A DNA stretch of 64,000 nucleotides from Octopus vulgaris (lineage: Eukaryota): contig OX597815.1 of assembly GCA_951406725.2 (NCBI GenBank), positions 109,430,001 to 109,494,000 on the forward strand, written 5' to 3'. Positions 27,486 through 40,349 of the stretch are shown here, piece after piece. The notes beneath the pieces were generated by a model. That model was not told the DNA's origin. It did no database searches and worked only from the letters and a program-made list of their open reading frames with translations. The stretch's first letter is position 1. Every line of letters starts with the position of its first letter. The position numbers and the translations under genes were made by a program.

Positions 27486-29498
27486 GTTTCAAATTGTAGC
27501 ACAAGGCCAGTGATCTTAAGGGTGTCAGAAAGTCGATTACATGGACACTGATGTTCTACTGGTACTTATTTTATAGACTCTGAAATGTTGAAAGGCAAAT
27601 TCGACATCGGTGGGTTTTGAAATAATAATAATAATGATTAAAAACGTAACGCTGTCACACAGGTGCCAATATATTACATATACTGAATCACTTTAAATTC
27701 CGAGCTTCCCGGCTTCTTACCATAAATATTAGCTCAATCATGTACGTCAGCGAAGAGATAAGGTAAGTGTAAAGAAGAAAAGAGTAAAGTGAAATAGATA
27801 AAAAGAAAGCGAGTTTGAATGAGTGAATTAATGGGTGGGGAATGAGCTGAGTGAGTGAGGGGAAGAATAACTGACTGAATTAGAGAATGAATGAGTGATC
27901 AATTTGTACCTAACGCGGGCTTCCGGTGCTTATTAGGGATGTTTAAGACCCTGTTGTTTCGCGTACAATTAACTTCTAACCGCTCCGATAACGTCTTAGT
28001 CATCTAAGGACATTGGAGTGGTATACACAAGCACCATCACCATCGCAACCGCCACCGCCATCATCACCACCACCGCCGCAGCCACCATCACCATTTCCAT
28101 CTCCTACATGCCTCTGATGCTTGCTGTTGTTTTATTTGTTGGTTTTGTTGCTGTTGTTGTTATTTAGGCTGTTGATAATGTTGCTATCGGTATAGTTATT
28201 GTTATTGCTACTGGCGAGTAAACTTTGTTGTATTGTGGTCCTTCCATTAGCTACCCTGTGATTAGAACCCTTCATATATTCAGCAGTAGCTCGGTTTACA
28301 GATATCTAAAGCTAAGCCAAGCTTTAAAAACAAAATCAAATGGAAGAAAACTACCAGGGGAAACAAAGACAAAAAACTCGAACAAAAACACAATTAAAAA
28401 ACAAAAACACTGCATAACACTTGTCTCCAACCCTTTTCTTCACACCCAGTTGAGCATCTTAAGCACCTTATAAAGCAGAAAATAAATAAATATAAATAGA
28501 TAAATATAAAAATAAAATAACTTGGGTGCATGAAATCTCGGGGAAAACGCAGCCTCGACAAAGGTAAATCAAGTACGTTTGTTTAAACTGGTCAATGTGT
28601 GTGTATGTTTGTGCGTGTGTGTGTGTGTGCGTATGTGTGTGTCTGTGTGCGTGTGTGTGTGTGTTATTTACTTATTTATGTCGAGAAAAGGAACGGATAT
28701 AATCTCTTTGTTCCCGTAGCTATGAAACGATGGTACCCAGGCGCGTTTGTCTTTAAATACAACGTTAGACATACTAATAATTTTCGCCCATAATTAGTCA
28801 GTTTAGCGTGGCTGCTTCTGAATACAGTTTCTCTGACCCTTGACATTGCTTCTATTGCGCTCACTTTTTTTTAGCTTACTTATTTATGTATTTTATCATC
28901 ATCATCATCATCATCGTCGTCGTCGTTATTATCATCATCATCATCGCCATCGTCATCATTGTCCTGCTCGTCCTTCTGATAACATTCGCTAATGCTATCA
29001 GATTTTACTCACCTTTCTCTCGAACCAACAACAAGAGCAAAGGATTCTTTTTTCTTCTTTTCACTAAAGATTCACTCACCCATTTCTATATTAACACATT
29101 AACCAGATTCTGTTGAATAGTCCAGCATTCGACTACATCATGTGCAAGATTTTGATTCCGTTTACTTTGAAGGTTTTTCTACCGTGAAAGGGATTAAGTT
29201 CACACTTGGATGGGTTACCTGAGTTGCCATAACATAGAGAGAGAGAGAGAATGAGAGAGAGACAGGGAGAGATGGGGGAGAGGGAGTGTGCGTGTGTAAA
29301 AATACAGTTATGTTTATAAGTGTATACACACACGCACACACACACACATATATATACACATCTACATAGATACACAAACACATTACAATACACATTATGG
29401 CCACTATATGTTGCTATATATACATGCATACATATGTATTATATTATTTAAACAGTATATATAATATACATATATACGTATATATGTATATGTACATG

Positions 29499-29529
<31 letters not shown>

Positions 29530-29534
29530 GCATG

Positions 29535-29598
<64 letters not shown>

Positions 29599-29844
29599 TG
29601 CAGACACACACACACATATAACCATTTGATTCGGTTCCATGCCACTTAAAGTATTGAGGACTCCAACCAGAAGCCCGTTTCACTCAGACATAGATTCAGT
29701 AATCTAAACCTGAATGAGACAGGTTTCTGCTAGAGGCCTGCGAAACTTTAAGTCGCATAGAGTCGGATCCAACGGCTTTTAAATAATGCATGTAACTTCG
29801 GCTAAATATGATGAATACCTTTTATTCTTTGTTTGTCCGCTCAC

Positions 29845-29921
<77 letters not shown>

Positions 29922-31194
29922 TGTGTGTGAGTGTGTGTGTGTGTGTGTGTGTTGCTCCCGCATTCTGTGTTCAAATCCTGCATCCTGTCGCCGATGAAAA
30001 CAGGGCCCTCGTGCTGAACAGCAAGAGTGATAGGATTGTAACATTCCCTCACCCTGGGAACTTCTCTCGTTTTAACATGGAGCAATTATCTGTTCTATGT
30101 CAAGAATTCTTAAAACTTCAAGAAAAGGTGAAAGTTACAGATCTCTAGAGAGGCTTTCGATGTACCCTTATAAATGGAAGTAAAAGAAGCCTTGACCGTA
30201 GTATGCAGTGATGTAGTTTCCATCAACAAGGATTATGTATATTGCAATATATACCGTGACTTTAAGAACGAAGATGAAATGAGCAGCAAGCCTAGTTAAT
30301 GCTCCACACATCTACCCACAGGCTGGTGCCACAAAATATGAGATAGCTTCTACAACGGTCTCGGCCAGGTACAGTAGTTCGGATGTTTACAATTAACTCG
30401 TAATAATTTTTATGATATAGTACGTTGAGGTGCTCAGAAACTTCCAGGTCCTAATGCAGGTCCTAATGACCCTAAAGGCCACAGATGCATCGAGGTATAT
30501 ACCCACATAGATGTAGTGTAAAAAGTGACGCAAGTTCTTGGGTAAAACCAAGTTATTACAGGTAAACGTAGATTAATTAAGGATAGTTATGTATGTTAAT
30601 TATATTGTAAGGTAAGCTGTTGAAATTAAATTTAAACATGAATTCACTAATTATACTTACAATGGTAAAATGTGATAAATATTTAAGTTATTTTGCAATA
30701 TATCGTATTAAACAACTAAGCGGACATTTATGTTGAGTAAAAAGGTAAGGGAAATAACGAGAAGAATAGGAAAAGCAATCAAAAATAGAATCAAGATTAT
30801 AATGACATACACACACACACATACACACATACACACACATATATAATGTTGACTATATGTCAGTTTTGATATCGATTGTTGGGGTCATTTTGGACTTTCG
30901 GTATCCTATGTCTTTGTTGTGCTCACATCTCTATTACTGTCAGAAACAACATTCTGTTACGGTAGTAAAATGAGTTCTCATTATGCCCAACCTGCATCTC
31001 TTTCAACTACATATTTCACACACGAGTTGCTGAGCCGACAAGAGCTTTTTACGCTACCACTCAATCGTCCAGAAATAGCAACCAAATCTTCCGAAAAATT
31101 TTGCACATTGTGTCTATAAGGAAGTTTGAATACATTGGAAGTGAGTAATATAAAAACAATGCGCACCTAAAGAACTATATGCTTTATGTATGTA

Positions 31195-33227
31195 TTTTCA
31201 TGCATATAGTTGCATATCTAGACATGCTCATGTATATTTAAATGATAAACTTCTGGAAAGTTTTACAGATTTTTACAGTTCCAGTAATGGATTGGATCTG
31301 TAGTCTTCGGATCAGCTTTCTCCTTTCTGGTTTTGAGAAGCCTAATTTCTCAAGACTGTTATTTAGGCAGGGTGTTACATATCCTAGTACCCCAATAATT
31401 ACAGGTATAAACCTGAACTTGTAATCTGGATAGAGTAACTGCAGATTTCTCAATAGTTCAGCGTAGGTATTCTCTTTTTCACTGATATTCAGCTTTGTGT
31501 TAACATACGCTGGGTAGCTAATTTCCACAACTGTGTATAGTATCTCTACTCTATCCCAAATAATTATATCAGGTCTGCTGTGCTTACATTTTACTGAGGT
31601 TTTCACTGGGACATTCTTCCAACAGATCTCATTATAGAGTGTCCTAGCTACAACATCATGTCTCATCAGTAAATATAACTGTGATGACATTTTCGGACAA
31701 CTGCTTATGATGTGGGTAGTATCGTCGGTGTTAACTCCACAAAGTCTGCATCGGTTATCACATTTTACGACATTTCCTGCATCTCTATCCTTTTTGTGCA
31801 TCAGGTACTCGGTTGATATTTCCTGTCCTTGTATTGCAAACGCATACCCTTCAAAGTGGGAGATAGTAATCCCGCTATTGGTCCATGATAAACTGCTTTG
31901 ACGATCGGTGTTACCATTATCTCGTAGCTTTCCACTAACATATCCATGCACAGTTTTCTGCTCATATATACTCATCCTTTTCTTCTTATGATACGTTGCG
32001 GTAGAGTCGTGCGACTTCTTTGGGCGTGTATTCTAGGTTACCAAAGAATATTGCTCAAAGAGCTGCTTTCCAAGTCTTATGATATTATCAGCCTCGTGTA
32101 TGCAAACTTGGTCAAGGGAAACACTTTGAGACATGGCTGTTAAAAGATGTTGCCAGAGAGATATGATACGACATTCAAAGACATTTCGGATCGAAGTTAA
32201 GCCTCTGCCGCCTTGTTTGCGTTTTAGCTAGAGGCGGTCTACGTCACTGTTTATGTGGAAATTATGTGTCCTTGTTAGAATTTTCCGGGTTTTCGCATCA
32301 ATGGCTCGGATCTCATCAAGCGTCCAATCAAGTAGCCAAAATGTTGAATACTGGCACTTCAAACACATTGTGGGCAACTGTTTTATTGAATGCAGAAAGT
32401 TCTGAGGTTCAAATTTTCTTTAATCGGATGTAATATTCTTTAGTGACACGTGTTTTGTTACAGGTACTATTGTCAGATACCTGTAACATTCCTCGTCAGA
32501 TATACTAGCCTGGTTTATAGTTTTCCCCTTTTTCACACCCATATAACAACATTTATCCTGACCAAATTCCAACCCTACATCCTTTGAGAATGTTGTAACT
32601 AGGTCAAGGCATTTTTTCATCTCATGCATATTCTTTGCATAAAGTTTCAAGTCATCCACCAAGAAACAATGTGTAATTTTGGTATTTCTGTTTCCTTGTG
32701 AACCTGTGAGATATCCTTCAGACTTCCTTAACATGAATGACAAGAGATTTACAGAAAGTATAAACAACATCACAGAGAGGCTGTACCACTGGAATATGCC
32801 TTTGCGATAATGTATTTCATTAGTGATAAACCAGTCACTCTTTGTGTTTAATTTGAAGATGGTGGCCCATGATGAAGTCAGATCAGATATGGCTTTGACT
32901 GTGCTCACTTTAGCAAGCTGAAGGGCTTCTAGCACCCATGAGAGGGGAACATAGGCTGTCTTTTAGTGTAGCCACATAGAAACTAGGTTCCTCCTATTCT
33001 CTCGCACCTTTGAATTCACAGTTTTGTTTTTTTAACAATTGCTCGGCATATCACCAGCTTCCCTTCTTCCCAGCTGCTTCTTCTGCTGTGACGATGTTAT
33101 TGGTTTCACAATGGTCCTTGAGGAACAGGTATATATGCTGTGTATATTTTATACATAAGTTCTGGCATGTGACAAGTAGTTTTTTGCCATATATGTGGGG
33201 CTGCATTTGGGGATCAATTATATTTCT
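31195..33227 (-). mobile_element. 5'-truncated R4/Dong-clade LINE (RT, CCHC finger, restriction-like endonuclease), pseudogenised
   Basis: RT motifs (EAAGKKGSW; GIFQWYSLSVMLF; HCFLVDDLKLYAK; VGLEFGQDKC), CRLC..HIISSC, RHD, RPDII..VVEIS..KENTY, FIPVIIGVLG. Multiple frameshifts. Confidence 0.92.
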
Positions 33228-33820
33228 GTATGTATGTTTGTATGTATGTGTGTATGTATGTATGTGTGTATGTATGTATGTATGTATGTATGTATGTAGG
33301 TAGGTATGTATGTATGCATGTATGCATGTATGTATGTATGTATGTATATATGTATGTATGTATGCATGCATATAGTACCATTCAGTCGTGGAGGGACGGC
33401 TGCTACCCATGACAATATTTTTTAGGAACGCCACGATTAATAGGAGAAAAAGGGAATTGTGCTCAGAGTGGTGACTTAGTCCAGATGTTTACCATGGAGT
33501 GAACAAAGCTTAAAACATGCGAGTACCAGGCGTTGGCGTTAAATCGGGCCAGGGCATGCACACATTCATATATACTTATACGTAGAGACTCTCACACAGA
33601 TATATATTTATACAGGTATATACGTGCATAATGATACATACATACATACATACACACACACACATACATACATACATACATACATACATACATACATACA
33701 TACATACATACATACATACATACATACATACATACATTTCAAAAATGGGTTTAAAGGAATATATTATTCTGGCTGTTTCTTATTGATGCAGGCGTCGATG
33801 TGTGGTAAGAAGCTTGCTTC

Positions 33821-35742
33821 ATGCACATGCGTGCTGTCAGTGTTGTTGGTACCGCTGATTAGAAGTCGTCACGCTGGTTTGCAGCGGGCGAAAATTGATT
33901 GTAAAAGAAGCTCAACTGTAAGGTAAGACTTATGGTTTTGGTGGGGTCGAGTGAGGGTTTGTTGTTTGCCGTAATTATTTTTGTACAAACAAGAAGTCCT
34001 CATTGGATTCGGGACTCTGGTCTGCCTGCAGTTGAGTGAATAATTTTTCTCACTTAATTGTGAGAATTGTTGTTTTGGGGAGTATCTCGCTTCCAAAAAT
34101 TTGTTCACTTTAAGTGAATATCTTTTTTTCAAAAATTGTGATAATTCAACGAAGATACAACAACTTCATTTACCAATTCTTGTTGAAGCTGTGTTCCAGA
34201 TTGTGACGTTCCGGGTTCAAGCTGGATTACCAAATAGGCTTGGATTACCGTGTGGCCAGAAGATTTTTTGCTTGCTGTGTTATTTTAAACTGTAGACTGT
34301 TTTCTTTCCTTCTTCAATCTTTTTGGGTGAAAGGGAGTTGGCAGAGTAGCTGCCAACTATTAAATTCATCTCTAGAGGGTAGAGGGTCAACTATGCAACG
34401 GTGTGGTTTGACACAACGGAGGAGGCTCGCAAATTTGCGAGCCTCCTCCGTTGTGTCAAATAGCAACCACACAAATAGCAACCTTGGAGGGCAGAAGATT
34501 TTATTTCTTCCCACGTATTATGGGAGGAAGTTGACGAGGGCTTGAGTCTGTGATTTGTCATCCGGAATAGAACCCGAGTGGATAGAGGTCACTATCCACC
34601 GGGGTCTGGGTGGCAGCGGAGCCAAGCTCGTCAATGTAAAAATTTTGCCTGTGGCAGATTGGGTGGGGTCAAAAATGGTTTTGACCCTGTGGACCCAATC
34701 AGTCAAAAATCTGGTATTTCCAGATATTTTGTAAATGACCAGGTGCAGGTACCTGATGATTCTTGAGGGTCGCCCCCTCTCCAGGTGTCATCGGTGCCTG
34801 GAGCCTGGCCATATAAAGAAAAACTGTCCCCAAGAACAAAGTAAAGTCCTGGAGCAGTCGGTTGAGACATCTGTAGAAGAGGGAACGAAGGCGGCTGAGG
34901 AGGCGAGGACTCCTCAAAGAAGAGCCGCAAGAGGAAGGTGGGCAACAATGGGTGCTCACCGAACGATACCAGGGATGAGGGAGGGGAGACGAATCTCTCG
35001 GTCACGGAAGAGACACACCCTCCCTCAGCTGAGAAGAAAAAAAGAGGAAGAGAAACGGGACATTGCCGGCAGTCGGTGACATAGTACCGGAATGTCCCGG
35101 AAGCTCGTCGGTGGGGGTTGTGCCTCCAGCAGAGGAAGAGACACCATGGGTGGGAATTGTGCCCCCGACAGTAGAAGTGACTACCTCGTCCCCAGAGGAA
35201 GAGGAATTATTGGTCTTCTTCTACAGAGGCGGAGAGGTGGAGAAGGTATTGGAAAAACACCATAAGGGAGTACCTTTAGCCTGCGCACGGGATCCCGAAT
35301 AGCCTCCTCAGAAAACGTTTCCCGTGTTGCGTAGGCTGGAGGGACTCAATGAGGAACATCGGTTGTGGCCGGGCGACGCCGACACGGCACCCGCCTTGTG
35401 CTTGAATGAGGCGTGGGTGATGCTGGAGGATGGGGTCACGAGCGATGTTGGGGAGGAATATGGATAAGAGGTTGAAAAACATCAGTGTTATTGAAAGTTC
35501 CTAGTTGGGGAAAAACGGTACGAGGCCTAGTGCCTTATTTTGTTATTGAATTGTGAACAGTGTAAGAGGTTTGTTGCCTCAATGTTGTTGAGATCAATGT
35601 TCTCGGGAAACAACGATCGGCGGGCGCCGCTTGTTGGCCTCATTAATCATCATTTTCATTTTTCATTTCATATAACATTGTCTATTCTAGCCTGCAGCTT
35701 CCTTTCTCTATGTAAGGCCTTTATGGCCAATATAATGAAATA
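33821..35742 (+). mobile_element. L1/Tx1-like ORF1-only (half-LINE-like) retroelement, pseudogenised
   Basis: Disrupted frame ...FLPTYYGRKLTRA*VCDLSSGIEPEWI...ILEGRPLSRCHRCLEPGHIKKNCP (CX2CX4HX4C knuckle); AATAAA at 35739-35744; TSD AAGAAGCTTGCTTC (33807-33820) / AAGAAGTTCGCTTC (35743-35756). No RT or EN motifs seen. Confidence 0.7.
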
Positions 35743-35904
35743 AAGAAGTTCGCTTCCCAACCACACGGTTCCGGGTTCAGTCCTCCTGCGTGGAACCTTG
35801 GGCAAGTATCTTCTACTATATTCTCCGGACGACCAAAGCTTTGTGAGTGGATTTGTTAGACGGAAATTGAAAGAAGCCTGTCGTATATATATATATATAT
35901 ATAT

Positions 35905-36008
35905 CGGTCGAGAGATAACGGGTTCGAATCTCAGACCGGGCGACGTGTGTGTTTATGAGTGAAACACCTAAGCTCCACGTATCTCCGGCAGAAGGTAACG
36001 TCGAAACT

Positions 36009-36011
<3 letters not shown>
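35905..36011 (+). mobile_element. Fragment of SINE family C within (TA)n
   Basis: Matches 36385-36489. Confidence 0.8.
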
Positions 36012-36071
<60 letters not shown>

Positions 36072-36255
36072 GTGTTTGGGTCCATTTTTGTACCCCCATA
36101 ATCGCTTGACAACCGATGTTGGTGTGTCCCCGTTACTTAACGGTTCGGCAAAGAAAGCGTTAGAATAAGTACTAGGCTTACAAAGAATAAGTTCTGGGGC
36201 CAATTTGTTCGACAAAAACCCTGGTGTTCCAGCATGGCCGTAGGTAAGTGACTGA

Positions 36256-36310
<55 letters not shown>

Positions 36311-36347
36311 CGTGCGTGCGTGTGTGTGTGTGTGTGTATGTGTGTGT

Positions 36348-36626
36348 AGGCGCTTGACCTAGCGGCTAGAGCAGCGGACTCGCGGTCGAGAGCTAGCGGG
36401 TTCGAATCTCAGACCAGGCGACGTGTGTGTTTATGAGCGAAACACCTAAGCTCCACGTGACTCCGGCAGAAGGTAATGGCGAAACTCTTCTGACTCTTTC
36501 GCCGCAACTTTCTCTCGCTCTTTCCTCCTGCATCTAGCAGCTCACCTGCGACGGACCGACGCCCCGTCCAGGTGGAGAACCTATTCTCCACTGAAGCCGG
36601 GAAACCGGCTCTTATGAGCCAGGCAT
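36348..36626 (+). mobile_element. tRNA-derived SINE family C
   Basis: TGACCTAGCGG A-box, GGTTCGAATCTC B-box, body AAACACCTAAGCTCCACG shared with 62006. Confidence 0.85.
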
Positions 36627-37244
36627 AGGGGGTACACCACCGCTGTATAGCCCTAGCAAGCATCGAACGCCTCCTGATGGCTTTGACACATTTTTCCCTG
36701 TGTCCTTATATACATTTACGAAGAAGAGACAAACACCCCCGGCTGCCGGAGCTGCATCTAGGGACGGCGGTGGTGTACCCCCTACTGTCACGTCCTTGTT
36801 AGATTGACAGTATACAACCATTCTATCGCCCCACCACCGTACATGTCTCTGCGAGGGATTTAGAAATTCAATATTTCTTATTTTGATAATCAGTGAATAG
36901 ACTTCACTGAATATAGATATATACAATTACGAAGTCAAGACAAATATCACCGGCTGACCGGTGTCTGCTACTCTAGGCCGATGAAGGACAACGATCCTGA
37001 AACACGTGTCCCTAGATGCAGTTCCGGCAGCCGGGGTTGTTTGTCTCCCCTTCGTAAATGTATATAAGGACACAGGGAAAAATGTGTCAAAGCCATCAGG
37101 AGGCGTTCGATGCTTCCTAGGGCTATACAGCGGTGGTGTACCCCCTACTGTCACGTTCTTGTTAGATTGACAGTATACAACCATTCTATCGCCCCACCAC
37201 CGTACATGTCTCTACGAGAGATTTAGAAATTCAATATTTCTTAT
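36626..37244 (+). mobile_element. Penelope/retrozyme-like unit: 363-bp partial tandem plus 140-bp inverted 5' arm
   Basis: Direct repeat 36767-36881 / 37130-37244; 36626-36765 is the reverse complement of 37008-37147; ends in (TA)n. Confidence 0.8.
36972..37016 (+). ncRNA. Type I hammerhead ribozyme motif
   Basis: TCTAGG-CCGATGA-AGGA caacga TCCT-GAAA-CACGTG-TC-CCTAGA: perfect 6-bp stem I, 4-bp stem II, palindromic ACACGTGT, GUC triplet at 37008-37010; U4 is C. Confidence 0.75.
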
Positions 37245-37335
37245 ATATATATATATATACTAGCAGAATTGCCCGGCGTTGCTCGGGGCTGAATTGCTTG
37301 AAAGTACTGTTAATGATTGCACTGAATTATGATGA

Positions 37336-37857
37336 TTATTCAGGCAAATATTGATATAAGCTTACGGTGGGAGATAAGGACTTAACGATCAAACGTGTGC
37401 CATTGCATTGTTTTGGGGGAACCACATTTCTGATGAGCATTATAGGGGCACCAACTTTAAGTTTGAGAAAGTGTGGTGGTAGTCCGGGGTGCTCAAAGGA
37501 ATTGAGTACCTCTATTGGATAGTTGATGACGTCCTCTGGGTCAGGAGTTGTATCGATAGACTGATATACATAGACTTCCCCAGGAATGAGTTTTAGCATT
37601 TCATCATTAATATGGTGAACAGTTTTATTCCTCGGGGCCAGTATAGCCTTTTTGCCAATCCAACCCATATTCTGATAATTAGCTTGTAGATCTGGGAACA
37701 CTGCATCTCTGAGATCAGAAGGCGTTTTAACAATGGTACAAATGGAATCGATGGCAATATTACCATTTTCATTCCCTGGTATTTTGCCTTCGCCAAGTGC
37801 AAGGAGGGTGTGAGGAAATGCTGCTGATGTGATATTACGTCGCATATGAGCACGCAT
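37336..37857 (-). pseudogene. Helitron Pif1-family helicase fragment
   Basis: AILAPRN..INDEML..YPIEVLNS..PGLPPHFLKLKVGAPIMLIRN..CNGTRLIV, typical of the RepHel helicase; truncated at both ends. Confidence 0.92.
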
Positions 37858-38103
37858 ATTGGTGTGAAGTTTGAGAGTTACTTCCCTTTATTTAAAAAAA
37901 TATGCATTAAAATGGAAAAAATTATGGTAAATTATTTGTAAAATCATAGACTCATCGTAGACGCGCGCTAATACCCAGAAGGGCTCGATATGAATCACGA
38001 CTATAAGATACCCGGTTTTGGTTAAACTGCATCGCAAAATGTGGGAGTAGTTAGGAATCTAAATCGGAGTAGACAGACACACAACCTTTCTTTTATATAT
38101 AAA

Positions 38104-38776
38104 TATTTTCGTCCTAAAAACTTTGTATGGATTGAATGGTTACCTCTATGGAAATATATACACGCACAGTATACATACATATGTGTATAGATGAATATAT
38201 AAATACATTTAAATATCTATATACACTTTTGGGCGATCTTTCTGTTTCTTAGAGATAACTTTAGATCTTATTTTCGTCCTAAAAAACTTTGTATGGAGTG
38301 AATGGTTACCTCTATGGAAATATATACACACACGTTATACATACATGTGTGCATAGATAAATATATAAATACATTTATATATCTATATACACTTTTGGGC
38401 GATCTTTGTGCTACTTAGAGATAACTTTAGATCTTATTTTCGTCCTAAAAAACTTTGTGCGGAGTGAATGGTTACGTCTATAGAAATATATACACACACA
38501 TTATACATACATCTGTGTATAGATGAATATATAAATACATTTAAATATCTATATACACTTTTGGGCGATGTTTCTGCTACTTGGATATAGGTCTTATATT
38601 CGTCCAAAAAAACTTTGTATGGAGTGAAAGGTTACCTCTATGGAAATATATACACACACATTATACATACATCTGTGTATAGATGAATATATAAATACAT
38701 TTAAATATCTATATACACTTTTGGGCGATCTTTCTGCTACTTGGATATAGGTCTTATATTCGTCCCAAAAAACTTT
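38104..38776. repeat. Minisatellite, about 4.1 copies of a 160-166-bp unit
   Basis: Unit starts at 38104, 38269, 38435, 38595 and 38755. Confidence 0.92.
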
Positions 38777-39247
38777 CCTGTCACAGACTCACGCACACGC
38801 ACACAGACACACACACACACGCACCCTCACACACACACACACACACACACGCACACACACACACATACACTCACACACACGCACGTTAGCTTACAATTTT
38901 ATTTATATATTTGCGTGTCTATGTGTGTAAAGAGGAAGTGGGAGGCAGAGTGAAAGAGTCACTCACTACAGAAAGTGAATTACTTTCAGTTTATTCGTTG
39001 CACACTGTGTGTGTGCGTTTGCGTGTGCTGTATCCCACACTAAGAGAAGCATTTGACTCATACACCACAATGTGAGTTTTCTCTAAATTTTGGTTAATTG
39101 GGGTTGGAATTTTAAAAAGTGGACCTGGCACGACCCGATGCATTCTACTCTTAAAAATGCTAGGTAAATTGTAATTGAAGAAATCCTATATTGTAGATTT
39201 CTATAAGATACAAAGGGAGGCAGATAAAATCTGCCTTTTATAATAAG

Positions 39248-39281
<34 letters not shown>

Positions 39282-39464
39282 GTATATGTATATTTATATA
39301 TGAAGATGAATATATATTTTGGTGTGAGTATACATGTATAAATGTATGCATGTATGTATATATTGCAATACTATTTAAAGCTGAGAAAATTGCGGTTAAA
39401 TATTTCCGTTAGTATTTCTTGAATGTTATATTTATATTATGACAATTGTCATTTCTCCAGGATT

Positions 39465-39500
<36 letters not shown>

Positions 39501-39591
39501 GTGTATACTTATATACTTAAACACACACATATATGTATATGAGTATATATATATATATATATATAGCCTTTGCTTTGTTATCTCATTTTGT

Positions 39592-39643
<52 letters not shown>

Positions 39644-40019
39644 CATAAATGTTCATATAATACACACACGCGCACACACAAACACACACGTATATATACC
39701 GTTACACATATATCTATGTATTAACAGAAATCCGTCTACCGCAATCGTCTCATCTTTTAAAAGCTTATCAACTAAATTAGTAACGAATAATATAATTTAT
39801 GAAATTATTCAATTAGTCCATACTGAGATAATAGCTGTTGTTGCTGATGTTGTGGCTATTATCATTTGTAGTGATTAAAGACAATGAAACTAATGCAATC
39901 GTCATGGTAATTGCAAAAAATTGTCGTTGTTGTTGTTGTTGTCTGTTTTTGCTTTAGTTTTCTTGTTTTACTATAAATGCTTTCATTACGTTTTGTTATT
40001 TCTTGTTTTCTTACATTAT

Positions 40020-40318
40020 TCATGATGATGATGACGGGGAGGGGTAAGAGCAGGAGGAGGAAAAAAAACGAGGAGAAGGAGGAGGAGGACGACGACGACG
40101 TTAGTAACAATGCCTCTGATGACGATGATGACGACGATGACGACGGCGATGGCAGCGACGGCGGCTGCGATGTTGCTGATGAATATGATGATGGGGATGA
40201 AAAAAAAAGAGAAGAAAGTAGAAAGAAGAGTAGATTCAGAAGAGGAACTAAATATTCATCTGTCATCGTGGATGTTGGAGAAAATAATGATGATGATGTT
40301 GATGTTGATGATGATGAT

Positions 40319-40349
<31 letters not shown>

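Larger units (their letters stand above)
33788..36256 (+). mobile_element. SINE family A copy split by two insertions
   Basis: Head 33788-33820, continuation 35743-35884, tail 36068-36256; pieces are collinear with the 55459 copy. Confidence 0.8.
37260..39248 (-). mobile_element. Non-autonomous Helitron (composite)
   Basis: Minus strand A|TCTTATTATAAAAG 5' end at 39248; hairpin CCCGAGCAACGCCGGG then CTAG|T 3' end at 37260; internal helicase fragment and minisatellite. Confidence 0.8.

Noticed and set aside
29950-30540. Complex sequence as possible host exon (also 9700-10030, 10670-10960, 55240-55450)
   Set aside because: No sustained ORF, recognisable motif or convincing splice pair; small or UTR exons cannot be excluded without RNA data.
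38104-38776. CRISPR-like regular repeats
   Set aside because: Whole units repeat with no unique spacers; eukaryotic context, no cas genes.
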